The notes under the pieces: model-generated
Told to the model about the DNA's origin: nothing
The model's input: only the letters and a program-made list of their open reading frames with translations
Database searches by the model: none
Assembly: GCA_964549305.1 (NCBI GenBank)
Contig: CAZJVM010000080.1
Coordinates: forward strand, 1 to 10,514
Origin: an uncultured bacterium
GTDB taxonomy: Bacteria; Schekmanbacteria; GWA2-38-11; J061
Direction: 5' to 3'
DNA length: 10,514 bases
Shown here: in pieces, positions 1 to 7,477 of the stretch
Numbering within the stretch: the first letter of the stretch is position 1
Layout: each line of letters starts with the position of its first letter
Position numbers and translations under genes: made by a program

Positions 1-17
1 ACGTGTCAAGGACAGGC

Positions 18-46
18 TTGACAAAGAAAAAGAATTAAACTAAATT
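18..46 (+). promoter_or_regulatory. sigma70-type promoter for tRNA-His
   Basis: Perfect -35 TTGACA (18-23), 17-bp spacer, -10 TAAATT (41-46), 26 nt upstream of the tRNA. Confidence 0.8.
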
Positions 47-72
47 CAGCACTCCCTAAAGGAAATACCGAT

Positions 73-146
73 GGTGGGTGTAGCTCAGTTGGCAGAGCGC
101 TGGATTGTGGTTCCAGTTGTCGAGGGTTCAATCCCCTTCACCCACC
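73..146 (+). tRNA. tRNA-His (anticodon GTG)
   Basis: Full cloverleaf. Acceptor GTGGGTG(74-80)/CACCCAC(139-145); D arm GCTC-AGTTGGCA-GAGC; anticodon stem CTGGA/TCCAG with loop TTGTGGT (GTG at 107-109); T arm GAGGG-TTCAATC-CCCTT. The His-specific G-1 (73) can pair with discriminator C (146). CCA is not encoded. Confidence 0.98.
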
Positions 147-202
147 CTTTTTTATTTTAAGGCAATTGAGACTGTTGCTCTGTTTTCATCATCCTCTTTG
201 AA

Positions 203-232
203 TTGACAAATCCTCATTTTTCTCATTAACAT
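203..232 (+). promoter_or_regulatory. putative sigma70-type promoter for the GT-C gene
   Basis: TTGACA (203-208), 18-bp spacer, TAACAT (227-232), about 43 nt upstream of ATG 276. Confidence 0.55.
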
Positions 233-275
233 AATCACATATAAGACTTTAAAAAAACTAACGAAGCATCTCCTT

Positions 276-2207
276 ATGAAAGAAAATGATTCAGGGCGTT
301 TCAACCTTTCGTTTATCCTTCTCACGTCAGTTGCCGCCGTTTTCATTTATTCATACAAACTGGGAGAAATCAGTTTCTGGATAGATGAAATTCAGACAAC
401 AACCTATGCACAGCAATCATTTCGCGAGATGATTCGTCTTGTAAGCCACAAAGAAGCGTGCCCTCCTCTTTACTACATCATTGTCCATATTGCCCATCTT
501 CTCGGCGCGGACTCGCAGTTTACTCTGAGAATTCCATCGCTTCTCCTTGCCTTCGGCTCAATAGTTTCAATCTATTATCTGGCAAAAGAGTTATACAGCG
601 AAAGAGAAGGTATAATCTCCGCATTATTTCTTGCAATCTCCCCGCTTTTTATCATTTGCGCCAGGGATGCCCGTCTTTACTCTTTTTTCATATTTGCGTC
701 TATCGCTCTCTCGCTTTCCTTTATAAAGGCGATTAAGCATAGCAGTTTCAGGGGGTGGATTGTTTTTACCGTAATTTTAACTCTCTCATTTTACGGCCAT
801 TATTTTACTGCTTTTCTCGCGATTTCGCAGTTTATCTATCTGTGCGTATTCTTCCTGCTTAAGAAAAAACAAAATGCTATGAAAGACTTTGCCCCGAAAA
901 AAATTTTCATAAATTTCTTTGCGAGCGGATTTGTCGCTGTTTTGTTTTTTCTTCCCTGGATAAGCCATCTTCTCACGCAGATTACAAACAGGCACGAGAA
1001 TTTTGTGGACATAACGCTTTTTCAAAAAATTAAAGACGTCTTCTATATGACATTCTTCTGGTTTGGCGGAGGAGACAATTTGTCGGCAATCCTTATATGC
1101 GCCATTGCATTCTGCGGCATTTTCTTTTCCCTAAAAAAAACGGACTCCCTTCTATTTATCATTATAAATATGGCAGTGCCTCTCTCATTCATTCTTTTTT
1201 ATTTTCTCTCAATAAACTGGATTTTTCAGGAGAGATACTCATCATTTCTGCTCCCCTTTTTCATAATTCTCGCAGGAAGAAGTATTTCCGAATTAAGCGT
1301 AAAGATTAGCGAAAGGTTGAAGAAGGCAAATGCAAATTTCAAGATTTCAACAACACGGGGAATCATTTCAGGGTTCATAATAACAATCTGTTTCTTCCTG
1401 TTTTTTTCAGTCAACAAAAACATTCTTTTTTTACAAAAGGAAAACTGGGGCGGAGCGGCAAAATCAGTTCAAAGCGAATACGGCAAAAAAGACTTTTTAA
1501 CGGGCCTGCCTCCCTGGAGTCTCTGGTGCGTTGCCAAATACGGCGCCTTCGATAAAGGCGAAAGGGAAGGCAAAATAAAAGAAGGCAAATCGAATATCTA
1601 CGTCGTGCGTCCTTACGGTAGCGAACCGCCTCCAATTTTAAAAAAATTCGCGAAGGACAATAAGTATAACCTTGTTTCTTCTTATCCCGGGTGGAATCCC
1701 ATCAATATCTGGAGGGGAGAATTTTTATATTCGCCACTTAACATCAATTTCACGAATCCTTCTTCGGCTGAAAACGGCAAAAACGCTGCACACTCCTTTT
1801 CGGTTTCGGAAAGCGAGGGAAAATACGGTAAAGACATCGAATTCAGGATAATAAAGAAAGCGAAAAAAATAAGCTCCGAATCGCAAGCCATTGACGTAAG
1901 GGGAATCAAAAGCATCATCATATCCGGGCGCGCAACCGTTTCGCACTATTCCATAAGACCGGTCTTTGAAGCGGAATTTTTCGATAAAGGTGGAAAACTC
2001 GTAGAGAAGAAAATTATAAATCCTATGGCATTTCTTACGGGAGACTTCACCTATTTCGGATGGTACAGAAAAATTTTAGACCTGAAAGAGAATTCAGCAT
2101 ATTTAAAGTTTTCATTCACTATTCCGGGAAATCTTGACAAAGGGCAATACTGCATATTCAGAGACATGAAGGCTTTCGGACTTTCATCAATGGCGGACAA
2201 CGGCTAA
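276..2207 (+). CDS. GT-C fold integral membrane glycosyltransferase (GT39/GT83, PMT/ArnT-like) with C-terminal extracytoplasmic domain, 643 aa
   Basis: SFWIDE acidic motif (D37-E38) after the first TM helix, PPLYY, LRIPSLL, ISP..I..ARDARLYS, YGHY and ERY motifs. Many hydrophobic segments up to about aa 380, then a hydrophilic tail. No clear SD, so the exact start is less certain. Confidence 0.9.
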   Translation: MKENDSGRFNLSFILLTSVAAVFIYSYKLGEISFWIDEIQTTTYAQQSFREMIRLVSHKEACPPLYYIIVHIAHLLGADSQFTLRIPSLLLAFGSIVSIYYLAKELYSEREGIISALFLAISPLFIICARDARLYSFFIFASIALSLSFIKAIKHSSFRGWIVFTVILTLSFYGHYFTAFLAISQFIYLCVFFLLKKKQNAMKDFAPKKIFINFFASGFVAVLFFLPWISHLLTQITNRHENFVDITLFQKIKDVFYMTFFWFGGGDNLSAILICAIAFCGIFFSLKKTDSLLFIIINMAVPLSFILFYFLSINWIFQERYSSFLLPFFIILAGRSISELSVKISERLKKANANFKISTTRGIISGFIITICFFLFFSVNKNILFLQKENWGGAAKSVQSEYGKKDFLTGLPPWSLWCVAKYGAFDKGEREGKIKEGKSNIYVVRPYGSEPPPILKKFAKDNKYNLVSSYPGWNPINIWRGEFLYSPLNINFTNPSSAENGKNAAHSFSVSESEGKYGKDIEFRIIKKAKKISSESQAIDVRGIKSIIISGRATVSHYSIRPVFEAEFFDKGGKLVEKKIINPMAFLTGDFTYFGWYRKILDLKENSAYLKFSFTIPGNLDKGQYCIFRDMKAFGLSSMADNG

Positions 2208-2212
2208 ATCCC

Positions 2213-2932
2213 CTACCAGGGACTGTCTTCCTTTATAAGGTTAAACCTTTTTTTAAAAAGGAAGAGAAGATTTTTCGTGCCGTCGCCCCATACATTCAGT
2301 TTGCTGTCACCTTCCCTGTTTTGATAAAAAAACTCCACAGGGACTTCCCTTGCTTTTATTGATTCGTTTTTGAATGCCTCGATTTTTATCTCTTCAGAAA
2401 AGGGCATCCCATCGCTTGTAACCTTTATCGTGGATAAAACTTCTCTCCTAAAAACCCACATTCCCGATTGCGAATCATGCATAACCATCCCAAAAAGAAT
2501 CATAACCATCGTTGACAGCACCGTGTTGCCTATATACCTGATTGTCGCTTCCTTGTAATTCTGCTTGCTAAGAATATCCCAGCTTGAAAACATTCTTCTT
2601 GCCGATATAAAATCGAGCCTATCCTGCATGAGTATCTCCACCAGATAAGGAATGGCAATCGTCGGATAAGTGCCGTCTCCGTCAAGGGTTATGATTACAT
2701 CACCTGTTGCGTTTTTCAATCCTGTTTTATAGGCGCGCCCGTAACCTTTTCGCTCTTCAAAAACTACCTTTGCGCCCAGGGATTTGGCAATTTCCGACGT
2801 CTTATCGGTGGAGTTGTTGTCCGAAACGATTATTTCGTCAACGAAGGGGGGTATGCTTTGGATTACACTTCCCAGGGCATCCTCCTCATTGTAACAGGGC
2901 ATTACAACGGAAAGTTTCAAGTCCTTATACAT
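2213..2932 (-). CDS. GT2 glycosyltransferase, DPM1/polyprenyl-phosphate sugar synthase-like, 239 aa
   Basis: SVVMPCYNEE, DNNSTD, GYGRA, DGDGTY (DxD) and DSQSGMW motifs, plus a late REGDSKL motif. The RYIGN amphipathic helix is typical of DPM1-like enzymes. AGGAGG (2950-2945) lies in the last codons of the upstream gene. Confidence 0.92.
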   Translation of the reverse strand: MYKDLKLSVVMPCYNEEDALGSVIQSIPPFVDEIIVSDNNSTDKTSEIAKSLGAKVVFEERKGYGRAYKTGLKNATGDVIITLDGDGTYPTIAIPYLVEILMQDRLDFISARRMFSSWDILSKQNYKEATIRYIGNTVLSTMVMILFGMVMHDSQSGMWVFRREVLSTIKVTSDGMPFSEEIKIEAFKNESIKAREVPVEFFYQNREGDSKLNVWGDGTKNLLFLFKKRFNLIKEDSPW

Positions 2933-2935
2933 ATT

Positions 2936-4060
2936 TTATTCTTCCCTCCTTTTTGCAGGGGATGACATTTTTCCTTTCTTTATATCGAGCCACTCTTTAA
3001 AGATATGGGGAAACATCGAAGGAGTAAACAATATGCTGTTAGTGAGAAAACATTCATAGGTACAGAAGCATTTAGTATCTTTGATGAATTTTCGTATTTC
3101 GCCGGCTTCCCTGCTTTTCCATATTTTCTTAAAATCATAATTGCTTTCCCTGAGATTGCCAATCTTTTTATCGAGCAATTCGCAGGGGTAAACATCGCCG
3201 TGGCTTAGTATTACAGCGCTCAACGCGCCTGCATAGCAGGGAAGCACGCTTTTATTTTCCTTTACTATCTTTCCTATCACATCCTGCCTTATTATCTTCA
3301 TTGCATTGATAAGGTCGCTTCCTAAATAATTTTCATATCCCGCAAGCGAACTGTTTTTTGTATCATTCCTTATTATCTGAGCAAGCTCAAGATATTTATT
3401 GACATCAAAGTTCTTCGCGCCTGAAACTCTCGGATTTCCTCTTGTGAGAAGATAGGTAATAGCATCGACTTTGAGTTCATTTTTAAGATAATCGTATATT
3501 TCCTTAAGGCGGTCCTGATTAAAGCTCGACGCGGTAAGGGCAACATTAAGATTGAAATTTTTGTATCTCTTCTTGAGCTTCCTGAGTTCCTTGTATGTCC
3601 ATATGGATTTTTCAAAGAGACCTTCATGTCCGCGAAGTTTGTCGTGCTCGGTGCCTATGGAATCGATTGATATGTCTATGGCAAAATCAACGCCCCTGCA
3701 TTTTTCCAGAATTCGCTCGACACTGGCAACCACCTTTTCCTTCAGCGAGCCGTTTGACGGAATGCCGAGATTGCTTATCTTGTTATTTTTGTAAAAGATA
3801 TAAGCTATCTCGTCTATGTCATCCCTTAAAAATGGCTCTCCTCCGGTCATAAGAAGAAAGAGAATGTCGTCCATCGAAGATGATATCTTTTCTATTTCAT
3901 CGAGAGTAAGTTCGTTGGTGCTTTCCTCTCTTTCGCCGAGAAGGCAGTGCACGCAGTTTGCCGTGCAGTTTTCCGTTATGAAGAGTACAAGATAAACAGG
4001 CGTGGATGCTTTCTTTGTTACAATTTTACTCAAATGCCTGAGATAACCGGACGCGCTCAT
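2936..4060 (-). CDS. Radical SAM protein with C-terminal Twitch/SPASM-like Fe-S domain, 374 aa
   Basis: CxxxCxxC (C32-TAN-C36-VH-C39), TGGEPFLR, SNG and ISIDS...HDKLRG motifs. The C-terminal CYAG...GDVYPC...IGNL...IW...CFCTYEC pattern follows. SD-like AAGGG lies just upstream of the ATG. Confidence 0.95.
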   Translation of the reverse strand: MSASGYLRHLSKIVTKKASTPVYLVLFITENCTANCVHCLLGEREESTNELTLDEIEKISSSMDDILFLLMTGGEPFLRDDIDEIAYIFYKNNKISNLGIPSNGSLKEKVVASVERILEKCRGVDFAIDISIDSIGTEHDKLRGHEGLFEKSIWTYKELRKLKKRYKNFNLNVALTASSFNQDRLKEIYDYLKNELKVDAITYLLTRGNPRVSGAKNFDVNKYLELAQIIRNDTKNSSLAGYENYLGSDLINAMKIIRQDVIGKIVKENKSVLPCYAGALSAVILSHGDVYPCELLDKKIGNLRESNYDFKKIWKSREAGEIRKFIKDTKCFCTYECFLTNSILFTPSMFPHIFKEWLDIKKGKMSSPAKRREE

Positions 4061-4069
4061 TCAACCCTT

Positions 4070-5068
4070 TCAGTAATATTTGTTGTCCGTCAAAAAATAT
4101 GAAAATATGCCTAAAATGATACCCGAAACGACAGAAACATTATCAATTATTATAAAAAAAAATGAAATTATTACAAATGAGAATGATTTTCGGCCTATGA
4201 GATATTTCAGAAAACCGCTGTTCGCCGCGATTATTGCCAGAAAACAGAGCAAAGCAGGCCATAAAAAAACAGACTTTGGCGTTACGAAAAAAACCAAAAG
4301 CAGAAGAATTAAAAGCGCGAAAGCAGGCATTTGAAGCATATAAATACTCGGCACCGAAGAGGTGTTTCCTCCTGCCATATTGGAAAGTCCCTTCCTTAAA
4401 ACCATTTTCACAAGACCTCTTGTCCTGTAATAATCGGTTTTTAGAAGCGATAAAAATTCATAGGATTTTATGTGCTCTACGGAAATCTCCCCGGAAAGAT
4501 ATATCCTGTAACCTTCACCTGAAAGTTTTTGACCAAAGTCAGTATCCTCCACATTGGGCACATTATATTTTTCGTCAAATCCCCCTGCTTTAAGGAAAAT
4601 ATCCCTTTTTATGGAGGCAACGCTTGTATAAAAGAGCGCCACATATTCGGATTGATTGAGATATGTGTATCGCATCCAGAGATTTTTAAACTGGCTCAAA
4701 AAATTATCGAATCTAAGTCTCTCCGACTGCACACCTACAATGGCATCGGGATTTATACTTTCATAAATGGCGGCAAGTTTCCTGAGGGAATCCTTCCCGA
4801 TGATTATGTCCGAATCTATGAAGAAGATTATCTCTCCCTCGCTCTCCCGCGCGCCTGTATTTCTTGCCGCGGAAACGCCATGGGGAGAATGGGATTTTAC
4901 GACCCTGCACCCCGCATTCCTTGCATAATCGCAGGATTCATCCTCGCTAAGGTCGTCCACGACTACTATTTCGAAATTCCCGTAATCATTAGCTTTAACC
5001 GCTTCTATGCATTCCGGCAGCGTTTTAAAAGAATTTTTTACAGGAATTACAACCGATATTTTTTTCAT
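4070..5068 (-). CDS. GT2 glycosyltransferase with C-terminal transmembrane helices, 332 aa
   Basis: ISVVIPVKN, VVDDLSED, GVSAARNTG, FIDSD (DxD), GGFDE and EDTDFG motifs. About three hydrophobic segments in the last ~95 aa. Confidence 0.92.
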   Translation of the reverse strand: MKKISVVIPVKNSFKTLPECIEAVKANDYGNFEIVVVDDLSEDESCDYARNAGCRVVKSHSPHGVSAARNTGARESEGEIIFFIDSDIIIGKDSLRKLAAIYESINPDAIVGVQSERLRFDNFLSQFKNLWMRYTYLNQSEYVALFYTSVASIKRDIFLKAGGFDEKYNVPNVEDTDFGQKLSGEGYRIYLSGEISVEHIKSYEFLSLLKTDYYRTRGLVKMVLRKGLSNMAGGNTSSVPSIYMLQMPAFALLILLLLVFFVTPKSVFLWPALLCFLAIIAANSGFLKYLIGRKSFSFVIISFFFIIIDNVSVVSGIILGIFSYFLTDNKYY

Positions 5069-5102
5069 TCAATAAACGGAAAAGATTAAATTTTACAAAA
5101 AG

Positions 5103-5822
5103 TTAAAGGCCTATCGACCACGAGATAGGATATATAAGTTTTTGAAAATTGTTGGTCATAATAAGCGCGCCTATAATGATAAGAAAAATTCCCGCCGTAA
5201 TTTCAACCTTTCGCATATGAGGCCTGATTGCGGAAAAAAACTTAAAAAATTGATTAACCCCCAGCGCCGTAAGCAGGAAGGGTATTCCAAGCCCCGCGGA
5301 ATAAAAAATAAGAAGCGTTATTCCCTCATTGACCGTATTCTTCGAAGACGCTATGGCAAGTATGGCGCCAAGCACAGGCCCGATACAGGGAGTCCACCCA
5401 AAGGCAAAGGCAAGTCCCACTATAAAGGAACCGCCTATGCCCGCCCTTTTGCTCTTTATGTGAAACCGCTTCTCCATATTAAGAAATCCGATTTTAAAAA
5501 TCCCCGTCATATGAATCCCGAATAGGATTATGACTACGCCCGCAATCTGACTGAAAAGCGACAACTTTGAAGACATAAAGTTTCCAAGCGCTGTTGCCGT
5601 GGCGCCAAGAATTATGAATACGAAAGAAAAACCCGCGACAAAAGCAAAAGCATTGAGGAATATCTTCGCCGTATTCCCTTTCGGTGATTCTTCGGAATCA
5701 CCACCGTCGATGGCGACTCCCGATATAAAGGAGATATAAGCAGGCACAAGGGGAAGTACACAGGGGGAGATGAATGAAATCAGCCCCGCGACAAAAGCGG
5801 TTGTATTTGATATGCTATCCAT
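5103..5822 (-). CDS. ccdA: Cytochrome c biogenesis / thiol-disulfide transporter CcdA (DsbD TM-domain family), 239 aa
   Basis: AGLISFISPCVLPLVPAY and AFGWTPCIGPVLG, carrying the two conserved Pro-Cys residues, plus YSAGLGIPF. Roughly six TM segments. Confidence 0.95.
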   Translation of the reverse strand: MDSISNTTAFVAGLISFISPCVLPLVPAYISFISGVAIDGGDSEESPKGNTAKIFLNAFAFVAGFSFVFIILGATATALGNFMSSKLSLFSQIAGVVIILFGIHMTGIFKIGFLNMEKRFHIKSKRAGIGGSFIVGLAFAFGWTPCIGPVLGAILAIASSKNTVNEGITLLIFYSAGLGIPFLLTALGVNQFFKFFSAIRPHMRKVEITAGIFLIIIGALIMTNNFQKLIYPISWSIGL

Positions 5823-5850
5823 AAGGCAAATTGACGGCTTTCTGTATTCT

Positions 5851-6891
5851 TCAGTTAAATCCGTTCAGTTTTTTAAGCCCCGTGCTGTCGATGAGCACGA
5901 TAAGCACCATTCCTCCTTCAATCTTCAGATGGTGGTCAGGGTTATAGGTGTATTCCTTCCTGCCGGGATGTTTTATCGCAAGAACGGGAATATCCGTTTC
6001 CCTGTAAATGGGAGAATCACCGAGAGATTTTCCTATAAGTTTTGAATTTTCTGTTATGGTAAATTCTTCTATTCTGAAATTCTGGTCCCTGCCTCTCAGC
6101 ATCCCGTCAAGAAAGCTTACCACGTGGGGACGGACAAGCTCTGATGCCATTCTCATACTGCCGATTGCATTGGGAGAAACAACGGAAATCGCGCCCGCGC
6201 GCAGGAGTTTTGAGGAAGAATTATCGTTTATCACCTTCGATATTATTCTTATTTTAGGGTTCAATTCCTTTGCCGTTATTGTCACAAAAAGGTTGTCCTT
6301 GTCATCGGGAAGTGTGGAAATCAATCCCCTTGCGTGCTCGATGTTGGCATCGAGAAGAGTTTCATCTTCCGTGGCATCTCCCATTATATAAAGAAATTCC
6401 CCCAATTTCCTTGCTCTTTCTATATGTTCGATTTCCGGATCGATTACGACAAACTCTCTGCTTGTAAGGAGCAACTCCTTTATTATGCCGTACCCGGTTA
6501 TGCCCGAACCGCATATGATGTAATGATTTTTCATTGCTTTGATAAGGTTTTTCATTTTTCTTCTCTCAAGTATCTTTTTTAAATCTCCTTCAACTATGAA
6601 GGCGGTTATAGTACTCACTGAATACAATGCCACTCCCATCCCGCTCAGGATGAGAATTACGGTAAAAACCCTTCCGAAAGCGCTGTCTCCCACATCGATT
6701 ACTTCGCCGTAACCGACAGTGGAAATTGTGATTGCCGTCATATAGGCGCATTCGGAAATTCCCCAGCTTTTCCCTTCTGTTATCCCAAGCAGATAATAAC
6801 CGACGGTACCTATTACAAAAACAAGCACAATCAGGGAAAGAGCCTGAATAATCCTTTTCAGGGAAAACGAAAGTTCTTCTTCAAAAAACAT
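5851..6891 (-). CDS. 2-TM potassium channel with RCK (TrkA-N + TrkA-C) domains, MthK/GsuK-like, 346 aa
   Basis: Selectivity filter TVGYG (aa 58-62, nt 6720-6706) between two TM helices. HYIICGSGITG (GxGxxG), GDAT...L..ANI..A, DKDNLFVTITAKELNP and LLRAGA..VVSP motifs, then a TrkA-C-like tail (LIGKSL...YNP). Confidence 0.95.
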   Translation of the reverse strand: MFFEEELSFSLKRIIQALSLIVLVFVIGTVGYYLLGITEGKSWGISECAYMTAITISTVGYGEVIDVGDSAFGRVFTVILILSGMGVALYSVSTITAFIVEGDLKKILERRKMKNLIKAMKNHYIICGSGITGYGIIKELLLTSREFVVIDPEIEHIERARKLGEFLYIMGDATEDETLLDANIEHARGLISTLPDDKDNLFVTITAKELNPKIRIISKVINDNSSSKLLRAGAISVVSPNAIGSMRMASELVRPHVVSFLDGMLRGRDQNFRIEEFTITENSKLIGKSLGDSPIYRETDIPVLAIKHPGRKEYTYNPDHHLKIEGGMVLIVLIDSTGLKKLNGFN

Positions 6892-6906
6892 ATTTTCGTT
6901 ATTATC

Positions 6907-7449
6907 CTATCTTGTCCAGACTGCTTCTGCAATTCCCTTGCCGTAACAGATAAAAACTACACGCTCAGGAGTTATCTTGATTGCCTTCATTATCTCAGGT
7001 CTCGGAGTGACATTCTTTACCTCCTTCTTGAAATTCTCCATCACCTCTCTGAAAAGAGGAAGAATCTTTGCCATCTCCTCCTTGTCTTCAAGAGTGAAAA
7101 TTTCCGCCTTCCCCTGATAATTTACTCCCTGCACCCCTTTCATAGTTTTATGAGGGGCATATATTCCCAGAGACACATTTGGATTTTCAAGGATGTTGTC
7201 AATCTTGCCTCCGCCTTCTGTAATTATATAAATATTCATTCCGTCATTTTCAAAATCAACTACCGTTGACCTCGATTTTCCGTCTTTCCCGCAGGAACCC
7301 AATACGCAAACATTATTTTTATTGAGAAAGTTTATGATTTCCTCTTCCGTTTCCTCTTTTGAAAGACGTTTTGGCTCGATTCCGAGACCTCTTACATAGG
7401 AATCCATTATCTCCCTTTTCATCTCCTCGGTGAGTCTGACAATTGCCAT
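6907..7449 (-). CDS. Pyridoxamine 5'-phosphate oxidase-like FMN-binding split-barrel protein, 180 aa
   Basis: Pattern FL..NNVCVLGSC..DGKSRST, IYIIT....K..NI.ENPNVSL, GV...GKA, IKITPERV. Strong SD GGAGGT (7462-7457) 7 nt before the ATG. Confidence 0.85.
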   Translation of the reverse strand: MAIVRLTEEMKREIMDSYVRGLGIEPKRLSKEETEEEIINFLNKNNVCVLGSCGKDGKSRSTVVDFENDGMNIYIITEGGGKIDNILENPNVSLGIYAPHKTMKGVQGVNYQGKAEIFTLEDKEEMAKILPLFREVMENFKKEVKNVTPRPEIMKAIKITPERVVFICYGKGIAEAVWTR

Positions 7450-7477
7450 TTATGAAACCTCCGTGTTTAAAATTTTT

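Noticed and set aside
73-146. tRNA-His as the integration site of a genomic island carrying the glycosylation genes
   Set aside because: No integrase and no duplicate of the tRNA 3' end in the window. The 12-nt GGCAGAGCGCTG match (91-102 vs 8265-8276) is from the D arm and plausibly chance, and ATCCCCCTTC near 10390 is just the aor SD complement. A boundary outside the window cannot be excluded.
152-346. 64-aa - strand ORF between the tRNA and the GT-C gene
   Set aside because: It overlaps the GT-C start and promoter in antisense and has no family features.
1566-1589. GAAGGCAAA direct repeat (EGK-IK-EGK) in the GT-C gene
   Set aside because: Two 9-nt copies in a Lys/Glu-rich linker are expected from composition alone.
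4154-4162. A9 tract in the GT2 gene (and A8 at 1133-1140 in the GT-C gene) as phase-variation sites
   Set aside because: Frames are intact, the tracts encode Phe or Lys runs, and similar A/T runs occur throughout this AT-rich window, for example 7727-7734.
5110-5129. CCTATC-N8-GATAGG hairpin at the end of ccdA as a terminator
   Set aside because: Only 6 bp, inside the coding sequence, and the T-run is not adjacent.
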